Positions 1 through 8,397 are shown, numbered from the stretch's first letter. The stretch is 64,000 nucleotides of DNA from an uncultured Candidatus Saccharibacteria bacterium (GCA_934717805.1 CAKUZG010000001.1:2806-66805); one strand, 5' to 3'. Made by a program: numbers and translations. The notes: generated from the letters alone by a model not told the origin.

Positions 1-92
1 AAAAGATCACTGATATTATTGGTGCACGCCTACCAATGGAAGAAGTTAAATTCGATCTTATTGATAAGATTATCCGTAAAATCAAGCTTTAA
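1..92 (+). CDS. 3' end of an unidentified CDS entering from upstream (...KITDIIGARLPMEEVKFDLIDKIIRKIKL*)
   Basis: Frame 3 is open from the window edge to TAA at 90-92. 29 residues are too few to name a product. Confidence 0.4.
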   Translation, partial: KITDIIGARLPMEEVKFDLIDKIIRKIKL

Positions 93-181
93 TTCTTGCA
101 AAAATATAAAAAATATGCTAGAATTGAAAAGTCCATTAATGTGGAAGAACTTCAAAAGTTAGCTACTGAAAAGTAGCATAT

Positions 182-258
182 GCACCTGTAGCTCAGCTGG
201 ATAGAGCGTTGGCTTGCGGAGCCAAAGGTCGTAAGTTCGAATCTTGCCAGGTGTACCA
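182..258 (+). tRNA. tRNA-Arg (anticodon GCG), CCA encoded
   Basis: Cloverleaf read by hand: acceptor GCACCTG/CAGGTGT (G1-U72 wobble), D-loop AGCTGGATA, anticodon loop TTGCGGA, T-loop GTTCGAATC, then A-CCA. Confidence 0.9.
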
Positions 259-315
259 TAGAAAAAGCATCAGAGAAATCTGGTGTTTTTTCTATTTTAG
301 TAGTATAATAAACTT

Positions 316-1833
316 ATGGTTAAAGGAATGAGTGAGAAATATCAAAAATTAATTAAAAATAATCAGCAAAATCGAAAAATTTTGATTTTTTCGGCGTTAA
401 TAGTTTTAGTTATCGCAGTCATTTCTTACTGTGCTTTTTATATGATTAACAAAAATAATCAACAAAAATCTACTCCTCAGGCTGAAAACTCTCAAGAAGT
501 TTCTAAATATTATTTTAAAGATTCAAAATATGAAGGAATAGCTTCGAAATTTATCGAAAGGAAAACTAAAAAAGAAGAAGCTTCTTTGGAAATTCCAGTA
601 ACAAAAAACTCGAAAATCAATGATTTTATTAATAAAAAAGTTAAAGAAATCGATGATACTTTTCGTGCAGATGCCAAAAAACCGTTTTTTGATAAGCCTG
701 CAACTGAAAAAATGAGCTATCAAGTTTACTACAACCAAGATAATCTTCTTTCGTTAGTTCTTTCAGTTAAACAAGATACTCATGGAGCAAACTTAATTGA
801 TGAAAATCTTTTTTGGACTTTTGATAAAAATAGTGGTGATATTATAAAATTAAGTAGTTTCTTAACTGATAAGGATAAATTTAAACCAAAAGTCCTAGAA
901 ATTTTTAAAAATAAAGTTTTCGAATTTTTAAAGAGTAAAAATCTAGAATATTCGAAAGATATTTTGGATGAATTAACTTTCGATAATCTTGAGAATTTTA
1001 TTATTTTAGATAAGCAAACTATTGATTTTCCATTTTCTCGATCGGATATTTTGCCGTCTAGTTATGGTGATATTCAAATTCAATTAAAAATTAGCGAAAT
1101 TTACGAATTTCTACAAAATGATTTTGCGCGCAAAACTTTTGATGTTCCAGAACCACCAAAACCTAAAGCTGTAGCTCCGAAGCCAGCACCACAACCCGCA
1201 CCAGTTATTTCAAGAGCACCAGTTGTTTCGGGTAATTGCCCAAATTGTATTGCTATCACTTTTGATGACGGCCCAGGAATTTATACTGATCGACTTTTAG
1301 GATATTTGCGAAATTATAACGCAAAAGCAACCTTCTTTATGATTGGCCCTAACGCTCAACGATATTCGGGCGTGGCTCGACGTGTTTTCGAAAATGGTCA
1401 CCAGATTGGAAATCACACATGGTCGCACCCTTCATTAACTAGCTTACCTGACGCTCGAGTTCAAAATGAAATTTCATCTACAAATAATGTGTTACAAAGT
1501 ATAACAGGCGTTCGACCACAAGCTCTCCGCCCTCCTTATGGAGCAACAAATTCTCGTGTTCAAGCTAATGCTGCTGCTCTCGGTATGGCTTCTGTTTTGT
1601 GGTCGGTAGATACTCGCGACTGGGCAGATAGAAATTCGGCGGTGGTTTGTAACCGTGCAGTTTCGAACGCTCGTTCGGGATCGATTATCTTATTACACGA
1701 CATTCATCCAACTTCGGTTGATGCTGTTCCATGTATTTTGCAAAACCTAACATCTCGCGGATTTCGTTTTGTAACGGTTAGCCAACTTTTGGGCGGATTA
1801 CAGGCTGGTCAGATCTATTATTCCGGAAAATAG
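316..1833 (+). CDS. membrane-anchored polysaccharide/peptidoglycan deacetylase (PdaC-like: N-terminal TM, DUF3298/DUF4163-like region, Pro-rich linker, NodB domain)
   Basis: NodB motifs ITFDDGP and HTWSHP, plus LLHD near the C-terminus. An N-terminal hydrophobic helix is present. The architecture matches B. subtilis PdaC from memory. Confidence 0.85.
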   Translation: MVKGMSEKYQKLIKNNQQNRKILIFSALIVLVIAVISYCAFYMINKNNQQKSTPQAENSQEVSKYYFKDSKYEGIASKFIERKTKKEEASLEIPVTKNSKINDFINKKVKEIDDTFRADAKKPFFDKPATEKMSYQVYYNQDNLLSLVLSVKQDTHGANLIDENLFWTFDKNSGDIIKLSSFLTDKDKFKPKVLEIFKNKVFEFLKSKNLEYSKDILDELTFDNLENFIILDKQTIDFPFSRSDILPSSYGDIQIQLKISEIYEFLQNDFARKTFDVPEPPKPKAVAPKPAPQPAPVISRAPVVSGNCPNCIAITFDDGPGIYTDRLLGYLRNYNAKATFFMIGPNAQRYSGVARRVFENGHQIGNHTWSHPSLTSLPDARVQNEISSTNNVLQSITGVRPQALRPPYGATNSRVQANAAALGMASVLWSVDTRDWADRNSAVVCNRAVSNARSGSIILLHDIHPTSVDAVPCILQNLTSRGFRFVTVSQLLGGLQAGQIYYSGK

Positions 1834-1873
1834 TCTTTATTTCAATCTATAATTATGATAAAATAGGAATATT

Positions 1874-1963
1874 GGAGAGGTGGCCGAGTGGTTGAAGGCG
1901 CACGACTCGAAATCGTGTATGCGGGCAACCGTATCGGGGGTTCGAATCCCCCCTTCTCCGCCA
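1874..1963 (+). tRNA. tRNA-Ser (anticodon CGA), long variable arm, CCA encoded
   Basis: GGAGAGG...CTTCTCC acceptor, anticodon loop CTCGAAA, long extra arm, T-loop GGTTCGAATCC. Confidence 0.92.
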
Positions 1964-2064
1964 CGAAAGTAGCTCGCGTTTGCGGGCTTTTTTCGTATTT
2001 ATTGACATTAGCTTTAGACTATGTTATAATGCAACTATAGTTCTTTAGAAACGAGGTTAGAAAA

Positions 2065-2475
2065 ATGAAAAAGATGATTTCTCTGCTTATTTTTGTTTAT
2101 GAAATTTCACTAATTGCTGCGGCATTACTGTTAATTTTTAAATCAAGAATTTCAGAAGGTAACTATCTTGTAGTACAACTTGTACTTTTTTGGTGCGGTG
2201 TATTGACAGGCATGTTATGTTTTGCTCCAAGATTTACTGTATGGCTAACAAAGAAAATTTTTAAAAATGCTGCAGTTAATCCTGCATTTAATCCTGAAGA
2301 TTATCCTGAAGATTCTACATATTGGTGGATTATTATGGTAATTATCTTATTATTAAGTGTCTTTTTTAAGATGACTTCAATAATTCCTATAGCTGTTATT
2401 ATCCAATCTAGTTATTTAATATTTAAGCTTGTTATAATACATAAAACTTTAAGTTTGACGAATCCGGAAGAATAA
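2065..2475 (+). CDS. small multi-pass membrane protein, unknown function
   Basis: 136-aa ORF with 3-4 hydrophobic segments, an SD-like GAGG upstream, and a terminator at 2485-2507. Confidence 0.6.
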   Translation: MKKMISLLIFVYEISLIAAALLLIFKSRISEGNYLVVQLVLFWCGVLTGMLCFAPRFTVWLTKKIFKNAAVNPAFNPEDYPEDSTYWWIIMVIILLLSVFFKMTSIIPIAVIIQSSYLIFKLVIIHKTLSLTNPEE

Positions 2476-2484
2476 CCTCTCTAA

Positions 2485-2507
2485 GTCAGCAGAAGCTGGC
2501 TTTTTTA
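2485..2507 (+). terminator. rho-independent terminator
   Basis: GTCAGC-AGAA-GCTGGC hairpin followed by TTTTTT. Confidence 0.7.
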
Positions 2508-2518
2508 TTTTCGAAAAA

Positions 2519-2555
2519 TAAAAACCGCCATTTTGAAACTTAATGGCGGTTTTTA
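2519..2555. terminator. bidirectional rho-independent terminator
   Basis: ACCGCCA...TGGCGGT hairpin flanked by an A-run and a T-run, between convergent genes. Confidence 0.75.
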
Positions 2556-2558
2556 AAA

Positions 2559-3608
2559 TTATTTTACTAATTCAATCTTTAGTTTTTCAATTAATTCCAC
2601 TGGTGTTGGGTTAACATTATTCAAAATTGCAAGATAAATACTGACAAAATCTGCTAAAATCGAACCCCAGAAAATTTGCTCAAGATAGGTTGAACCTTTA
2701 AGTTCGATATTGCGTGCGGCTGGGCGCTTTCCACTTAAAAGCCTATCTGAAATTTCAAAGCGTTTTTGCACTCGCGGATGATCTAAATTACTTCGAAGAT
2801 TAAAAATTGCAAAGAGTTTTTCAACTGGGTGCGAGCTCCAACCGATAAATTCATTGTGATTGAATTCCGGATATTCGTTATAAAAGCTAACATTTTTAGC
2901 GTTTTCGTTCCAAGAAATCTTCCATTTGTAAGCTAGCGGCGAAAATTCGTTTGAACTTAGAAAAACTGCACTTCGCCCTGCCGAATAAAGCGCTAATTGT
3001 TTGGCGTAGTTTCTTTCAGTTAAAATATTTGCTGTCCAAGATTCGCTTTCTTTTCGTAAAAAGTCGGCATAATGTTCGATTTCTTCATGCTTTTCGTTTG
3101 AGATAATTCCAAAATTTACTAAAATTTTTGTTAGAGCGCGGAAATTATAGATTACGGCCATTCGAGGTTGTAGGCCAGCTGGTAGTTTAACGTGCGCAAT
3201 ATCACGACTTCGAGCGATTTCTTCAATTTTACCATGTGAAGAAACGGTTGCGATTTGTGCACCGATTTCAATAGCTTGATGTAGCGCTGAAACTGTCTCT
3301 TCAGTATTTCCAGAGTAAGAACTAATAATTACAAGTGTATTTTTCGAAACATTTTTTGGTAAAGTATAGTTTCGAATAACTTCAATCGGTAAAGAAATCT
3401 CATTTTCGAGCCATTTCTTAACAATCAAGCCAGCGAGTGCTGAACCACCCATTCCAGCAATTACAATATTTTTAATTTCCCTCCCATCATTTTCAGGAGA
3501 AAGAACTTCTGCTTGAAAAAGCGCTTGTTTCCACTGTTCGCTAGCAACTAAAAGTGCATTTTGTGGATCGCGCTGAACTAATATATTGAAATTATCTAAC
3601 ATTTCCAC
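2559..3608 (-). CDS. bifunctional phosphoglucose/phosphomannose isomerase (SIS domain family)
   Basis: SIS motif GMGGSALAG and SYSGNTEET. Length and C-terminal region are typical of the PGI/PMI family. Confidence 0.8.
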   Translation of the reverse strand: MEMLDNFNILVQRDPQNALLVASEQWKQALFQAEVLSPENDGREIKNIVIAGMGGSALAGLIVKKWLENEISLPIEVIRNYTLPKNVSKNTLVIISSYSGNTEETVSALHQAIEIGAQIATVSSHGKIEEIARSRDIAHVKLPAGLQPRMAVIYNFRALTKILVNFGIISNEKHEEIEHYADFLRKESESWTANILTERNYAKQLALYSAGRSAVFLSSNEFSPLAYKWKISWNENAKNVSFYNEYPEFNHNEFIGWSSHPVEKLFAIFNLRSNLDHPRVQKRFEISDRLLSGKRPAARNIELKGSTYLEQIFWGSILADFVSIYLAILNNVNPTPVELIEKLKIELVK

Positions 3609-3696
3609 CCTTTCGAAAAAATAATCTTGATTATGCTTTAATTCTATGATACAATATAACTAATAAAAAGTAAAGTCAATTAAGAAAAGGTGGGTT

Positions 3697-4161
3697 ATGG
3701 AAATTGATATGAGTCAATCAAGCAAAATGCCAGTTAGCGACGACCCAGAGCTCGCTAAGATTCTTTCTGGTGTTAATGGTTCAAGTAGCAATGATGCTAC
3801 AAATGATGATACGACAAACGACGGATTGCAGTATGAAGGTCTTGAGCAAATGCCAGAAGCGCAAGAAGATATTCAACCAGAACAACCAGTTGAACAAACA
3901 GTGCCTATGACAAGTTTTGCTGGTTTAGATCTAGACGGAATTAAAAGTCATGCACTTGAAGATTTGCGTCCATTGGTTGATAAATTAACAGTTACAAATG
4001 AAGAAAAATTCGATATTTATCTTCTACTTCTTCGTTCAAGTGATGATGATACTTTGATTGAACCAGCTTATAATGCTGCTCGTGCAATCGAAGATGAAAC
4101 AAAGCGTGCGAATGCTCTACTAGATGTAATTAAAGAAATCGATTACTTCAAATCAAAATAA
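3697..4161 (+). CDS. acidic hypothetical protein
   Basis: 154-aa ORF with SD AAGGTGGG upstream and a hairpin plus T-run after the stop. No recognisable domain. Confidence 0.55.
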   Translation: MEIDMSQSSKMPVSDDPELAKILSGVNGSSSNDATNDDTTNDGLQYEGLEQMPEAQEDIQPEQPVEQTVPMTSFAGLDLDGIKSHALEDLRPLVDKLTVTNEEKFDIYLLLLRSSDDDTLIEPAYNAARAIEDETKRANALLDVIKEIDYFKSK

Positions 4162-4227
4162 TTATAGATTTAAAAACTACGCTGGAGTTAACCGGTGTAG
4201 TTTTTTTATTAGAGATATACTGATAGT

Positions 4228-4253
4228 TAAAGGAAATATCTAAAGGAAATATC
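4228..4253. repeat. perfect 13-bp tandem direct repeat (TAAAGGAAATATC x2)
   Basis: Read directly: 4228-4240 and 4241-4253 are identical. Located between convergent gene ends. Confidence 0.9.
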
Positions 4254-4263
4254 CTTATAAGTT

Positions 4264-4485
4264 TTATATGATTGACTGTAGATTAACAGTCTCTTTGATA
4301 GCTAAAACCCTATAACCTGCTGCTTTGACTTCTTTATTTGTCGTATTGTAATGACTATAATCCTCAATATGAATTGGATAAATATTTTTAGGTTGAAATA
4401 GATCATTCATTTGGTTTAGCATTTTCAAATCCATTGTAAATTCAATGGGTATTGATAAAGTACTTAATAAAATCAAGTTTTTCAT
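4264..4485 (-). CDS. hypothetical 73-aa protein, possibly a gene fragment
   Basis: ORF only. Sits 50 nt downstream of the 4535-5101 ORF on the same strand. No domain recognised. Confidence 0.3.
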   Translation of the reverse strand: MKNLILLSTLSIPIEFTMDLKMLNQMNDLFQPKNIYPIHIEDYSHYNTTNKEVKAAGYRVLAIKETVNLQSII

Positions 4486-4534
4486 AATTAGACTGGGTCA
4501 ACCGTATTCCTTTTGTTTATTTATGTTTGACAGT

Positions 4535-5101
4535 TTATTCTAAAATATCATAAACTTTAATAAAATTATCGTAAGATGTAGGATAGAACTCGCCCTCAAT
4601 ACCTTTTACTACAACTTCTCCTGAGAATAAACGTTCAGTACCCTCTAGGGTGTTTATTTCAAGAAATCCCTGTTGTTTTACAGATTTCACTAGTTTATCT
4701 TGTTGTAGTTCTTCTAAAGGAGTGGCAATTTTATATCCTAAGAAATTAAGGACTTCAATAACATTTTTAGTATCGTTTGTATCAATTTTAACAAAATCTA
4801 CGTCATATACCTTTTTTATAAATGTATTTACAGTTCCTTTTACTCGATGGTATGTTTGCAAAAAGATATCCGGGTCTATCGACCAAAAACAACCGTCGGT
4901 ATTGTCTTCACGGATGACCCAATTGCCTTTCGGTAAAGCAATCTCGCCTCGTTCTTTGATAATGTAAATTGTTCCATCTGATTCATCATACCGAACGGGT
5001 TCTTTTTTATTGGTTCTTAGAAGTTTTAAAAATTCTTCCAAAATGATATTGTTGTCGTATTTTATGGCAAAGACTTCGATTGGTTTTTTGCGAGCTTTCA
5101 C
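4535..5101 (-). CDS. hypothetical protein built from two tandem copies of one small domain
   Basis: Both halves start with the same pattern (KKPIEVFAIKYDNN / KKVYDVDFVKIDTN) and end alike (DPDIFLQTYHRV / SYDNFIKVYDIL). No named family recognised. Confidence 0.55.
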   Translation of the reverse strand: MKARKKPIEVFAIKYDNNIILEEFLKLLRTNKKEPVRYDESDGTIYIIKERGEIALPKGNWVIREDNTDGCFWSIDPDIFLQTYHRVKGTVNTFIKKVYDVDFVKIDTNDTKNVIEVLNFLGYKIATPLEELQQDKLVKSVKQQGFLEINTLEGTERLFSGEVVVKGIEGEFYPTSYDNFIKVYDILE

Positions 5102-5135
5102 GTTTCCATCCTTTTTAAGAATTTCTTTTTAGTTA

Positions 5136-5207
5136 CTAGGGTAGCTGGATTCGAACCAACGCATGAGGGAGTCAAAGTCCCTTGCCTTACCGCTTGGCTA
5201 TACCCTA
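5136..5207 (-). tRNA. tRNA-Gln (anticodon TTG), no encoded CCA
   Basis: Reverse complement reads TAGGGTA...TACCCTA-G with a U1-A72 start typical of bacterial tRNA-Gln. Anticodon loop CTTTGAC, T-loop GGTTCGAATCC. Confidence 0.9.
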
Positions 5208-5606
5208 TTAAGTTGCCCGTTTATCTGAGGTGGGCTAGACCTCTACCGCATCTTGCGCACCGATTTGGTAATGGGAGTTATTTAGTGTCATTCTCCAAAT
5301 GACCCAAATGGTTTTACAGGGACTCTTTAGCTGACGGGCTAAAGCAGTATGTATTGGTACCATCGCAATCTGCGTGCTTTACAGCACGACTTGAGTTTTA
5401 ACGTCTTTTCTTTGACAAAACTGAATGCTTTTAACGCATCTAGCATTCCTTGTGTTGGAGAACCTTTTAACCAACACGTTTTTTGAATTCACGACCTGGT
5501 ACATTCGGATCGTTTATCTTCGCGGATTTTCTTATTGTGCAAATGTACTTTACGATACGAGGTCTTAGTTTAATATAGCAAACGAGCACATCAACTACAT
5601 CGTTAT
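5208..5606 (-). ncRNA. candidate large structured RNA of unknown class (strand tentative)
   Basis: 399 nt with no ORF of 60 aa or more on either strand. It is GC-richer than its flanks and has several perfect 6-7 bp hairpins. The 5373-5388 hairpin loop reads GUAA (GNRA) on the minus strand only. Flanked by two tRNAs. Confidence 0.4.
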
Positions 5607-5680
5607 GGTGACGTAGGGCAATATGGTGCGCCACTCGCCTGTGAAGCGAGCGTTAGTCGGTTCGAACCCGGCACGTCACA
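5607..5680 (+). tRNA. tRNA-His (anticodon GTG) with encoded G-1, A73, no CCA
   Basis: G-1 then GTGACGT/ACGTCAC acceptor, anticodon loop CTGTGAA, T-loop GGTTCGAACCC. Atypical A8 and a 3-bp D-stem lower confidence. Confidence 0.75.
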
Positions 5681-5829
5681 TAAAAATACCGTCGGTTTGA
5701 GCCAGCGTTTTACCTTGCTATCAATAGAAAGGACTCCGCATACAACTCCACAATAAGTAAACGAAATAGACATAATACCTCTTTTATTTTATTAATTTCT
5801 TTATACGTCTCAAATAAATCTTACAGTGG

Positions 5830-6396
5830 TCAGCTATAATCCACATAATATCTCTGTTTTGTTGGTTTTGAGAAAAATAATAAATATATTCCAAACACAA
5901 GTTTAATCACTGAGTCAATATATGCTATCACCCCTAATGGGATAGTGATAAAAATATACCCTATAAAAATATTAACGGCGCAAATAAGACCTAGATATAT
6001 CATTGATTTTCCATGCACAAAATAATACGGTAAGAAATGCAGTGCGGTCGCCATCAGCGCCCCTAACCAAATCAATCTCCAATTTTCAGTCGCAAAGAAT
6101 GGTCCACCCAGTAGAACCATTAAGATAAATAATAAAATAACGGCATATAAAGATACTTTCTTTTGAAATTCACTCGAAGAGCCAGCAGATAATCTATTCA
6201 ACACCTTTTTATTCATGTTGATCGAGAAAAAACTAATAACATATCCAATGCTAAATACTTGCATATTTATTATTTGTTTTCCTCCTATTAAAGTAGCTAT
6301 TGAGATAATCGCTGCTATTACAATTAGCCACAATCCACACGCTTTCTTGTAGTTAAACTCTAATTTTTTATCTTTATTGTAGCTTAAAAAAGCCAT
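5830..6396 (-). CDS. multi-pass membrane protein, unknown function
   Basis: 188-aa ORF with 5-6 hydrophobic helices. No motif recognised. Confidence 0.6.
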   Translation of the reverse strand: MAFLSYNKDKKLEFNYKKACGLWLIVIAAIISIATLIGGKQIINMQVFSIGYVISFFSINMNKKVLNRLSAGSSSEFQKKVSLYAVILLFILMVLLGGPFFATENWRLIWLGALMATALHFLPYYFVHGKSMIYLGLICAVNIFIGYIFITIPLGVIAYIDSVIKLVFGIYLLFFSKPTKQRYYVDYS

Positions 6397-6490
6397 AAAT
6401 ATCTCCTTAATCTCTAATATTTGCTCACTATATTACTATTATTTAGCAAGATTTTTTGTAGTAGAATAGCAATATAGTTTTTCGAATACT

Positions 6491-8290
6491 TTATTTCTTA
6501 GGATTTTTCTTCTTTCTAGAAATTAACGCAATAGCTATGGGAGCGATAATCGCTATAACCAAACCAACGAGGATTAGAATGTTGTTTTGTTTATCTTGTT
6601 GCCTTTTACTTTCTCGCAAGAATCCTGTTTCTGGTGAATTAACATGCTGATTTTTAACTTCAGGGCTATGTTTTTCTTCTGCTGGTTTAGGTTTATTAGC
6701 TTCAGCTTCAGCTTTTACTTTTACTTTTTTAGCATCAATTAGTTCTTTAATCTTTTGAAGCTTTTCAGTTAATTCTTTGCGCTTATTTTCATCTTTAACT
6801 TTCGAAATCAAATTCTCGGCATTGGTAATTTCTGAATCAATAGTTTTAAGTGTATCGTCATCGATATTTTTCTGGATATCTTTCAATGAATCTTCAGCTT
6901 TTTTCTGATTCTCAGTTTCTTTATCCAGCAATTCTTTAATCTTATTTTTTAGATTATCGGCCGCAGTTTTTATTTCATCCTCTGTTGTTAAAGGTTTATC
7001 AACTAATTGTTTTGCAGCGTCAATTAAACTTTTTGGTATATCATTTTTGATATAATCTGGCTGATTATCTAGAATTTTAAGTGCATCCTTGATTAGATCG
7101 CGTGAAATTGTTCCAAGAATGAGGTGAACTTTAACAGTAGTCGAATTTCCGTATTCATTGATTGCTGTTGAAGTTATAACAAAATCGCCGTTTAATTGAT
7201 TCTTTTGATCATTTAGAACTTTTTCGGCATCGTTTGTGAACGAAGTAATTTTAGTTGTTGCGCTTGTTGCGTAATAGCCCGATGTTTTCGAAATCTCAGC
7301 TGCTAAACTATTTTTTATATCGTTTAAAACTGATTCGGTTAGCTTTGTAGAAGTTTTATCAATAGTTAAGGTTGAATTTTCGCTAAGTGGGGTATTTTCG
7401 AATTTGATCACAGGTTTTTCATTAGAGTTTACATCAATTCCTTCAACTGTAATTCCAGACTTGCTAAAATTCAAACTGAATTTATTTCCACTTGGTAAAG
7501 TATCATTTTTTTCGTGAACTTCAAATTTAAAATTACCTTTTAGAACAGGCTTAATAATTTTAACATATCCGCCATCTTGTTTTGGATTTCCATCGGCGTC
7601 AACATTAATAAAATTATCATTTTCTACAATTGGCATAGCTTTTCCGTCAAAATTAATGAACGGATTTTTGAAAACTCTTTGACCTTTTTGAACTTTAATT
7701 TTTGCATTTGAACGAACTCCCCAAACCGAAGCACGTGGAAGCTCTTTAAGGAATGAAAAATCAGTAATAGGATTATCGTGAATCCAAAGCAATTCAACTT
7801 GTTTCCAATTTTTTACAGCCGACATATCCGTAATATTTGAAGAACTCAAATAAGCCGTTTTAATTTTAGTTAATGTTTCGGCTGCAGATATATCTTTCAA
7901 GCTACTCATTCCAGCAACGTGAATTCCTTCAAGATTTGTAAAATATTGGATTCCTTCAAGATTTGTAAAATTACGATAAGGTGCATCTGGCCAAAATACA
8001 GTCATTTTTTTAGCTGCACCAACTGTAATTGGACTATCGAGATTTCGAGAAGCGTCGGTTTTCATTAAAACAGAATTTAACGCACGCTTAAAATTATTAT
8101 CTGTAAATTTAATTTCGTAACTATCTGGTGCATTGCTTGGATCAACAGGATTAACTGCTGAAGTGTAAGCTAATGCTTTCGAAAATAAGTTTTGTTTGTT
8201 AAGTAATTGTGTTCCGTAATATCCGCCGCCTAGAGCTAAAACAGCCACAGCCATTGTGGGCACTAATATTTTATGATTTTTTACTTTCAT
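6491..8290 (-). CDS. surface protein with internalin-like leucine-rich repeats, coiled-coil stalk and LPXTG-like C-terminal anchor
   Basis: N-terminal signal/TM segment. LRR units (NLEGIQYFTNLEGIHV, ITDMSAVKNWKQVELLWIHDNPITDFSFL). K/E-rich coiled coil. C-terminal NSPETG, then a hydrophobic helix and an RKKKNPKK tail. Confidence 0.75.
   Translation of the reverse strand: MKVKNHKILVPTMAVAVLALGGGYYGTQLLNKQNLFSKALAYTSAVNPVDPSNAPDSYEIKFTDNNFKRALNSVLMKTDASRNLDSPITVGAAKKMTVFWPDAPYRNFTNLEGIQYFTNLEGIHVAGMSSLKDISAAETLTKIKTAYLSSSNITDMSAVKNWKQVELLWIHDNPITDFSFLKELPRASVWGVRSNAKIKVQKGQRVFKNPFINFDGKAMPIVENDNFINVDADGNPKQDGGYVKIIKPVLKGNFKFEVHEKNDTLPSGNKFSLNFSKSGITVEGIDVNSNEKPVIKFENTPLSENSTLTIDKTSTKLTESVLNDIKNSLAAEISKTSGYYATSATTKITSFTNDAEKVLNDQKNQLNGDFVITSTAINEYGNSTTVKVHLILGTISRDLIKDALKILDNQPDYIKNDIPKSLIDAAKQLVDKPLTTEDEIKTAADNLKNKIKELLDKETENQKKAEDSLKDIQKNIDDDTLKTIDSEITNAENLISKVKDENKRKELTEKLQKIKELIDAKKVKVKAEAEANKPKPAEEKHSPEVKNQHVNSPETGFLRESKRQQDKQNNILILVGLVIAIIAPIAIALISRKKKNPKK
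7923..7971. repeat. 22-nt exact direct repeat with 27-nt period inside the LRR gene
   Basis: ATTCCTTCAAGATTTGTAAAAT occurs at 7923-7944 and again at 7950-7971. It encodes the duplicated NLEGI unit. Confidence 0.9.
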
Positions 8291-8397
8291 TCCCTATTCC
8301 CTTTTAAACTATTTTGCTTAAGTCTATTTTACTGTGAATTTGCTCAAAAATCAATACCGTGCTAAAATAGTAACACTTTTCGAAAGGGGTGTTTTTT

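Noticed and set aside
523-738. Antisense or shadow ORFs here and elsewhere (for example 4650-4967, 8996-9579, 13211-13492, 15757-17316, 20521-22542, 23084-23490, 32598-33011, 34372-34638, 41084-41434, 62575-63168, 63769-63996).
   Set aside because: Each is fully embedded in a longer ORF with clear family motifs on the other strand or frame, and has an implausible composition.
5493-5500. SRP RNA look-alikes: ACCAGGUC on the minus strand here, and GGAAGCAGC at 30709-30717.
   Set aside because: These are isolated short matches. The GGAA-tetraloop helix 8 context with both motifs on one hairpin is missing at both places.
5208-5606. RNase P RNA. The minus strand has AAAGAGTCC (CR-I-like) and CAGATAAACGGGCAACTTA (CR-V-like).
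   Set aside because: The two look-alike motifs are only about 100 nt apart, leaving no room for a specificity domain. The implied P4 pairing is poor, and the 3' end runs directly into tRNA-Gln.
5578-5616. tmRNA-like tag frame GCA-AAC-GAG... (ANEHINYIVMVT*), starting like the E. coli tag GCAAACGA.
   Set aside because: The frame ends inside the tRNA-His gene, the peptide lacks the usual hydrophobic A-A type C-terminus, and no tRNA-like 5' GGGG / 3' T-arm-ACCA domain is present.
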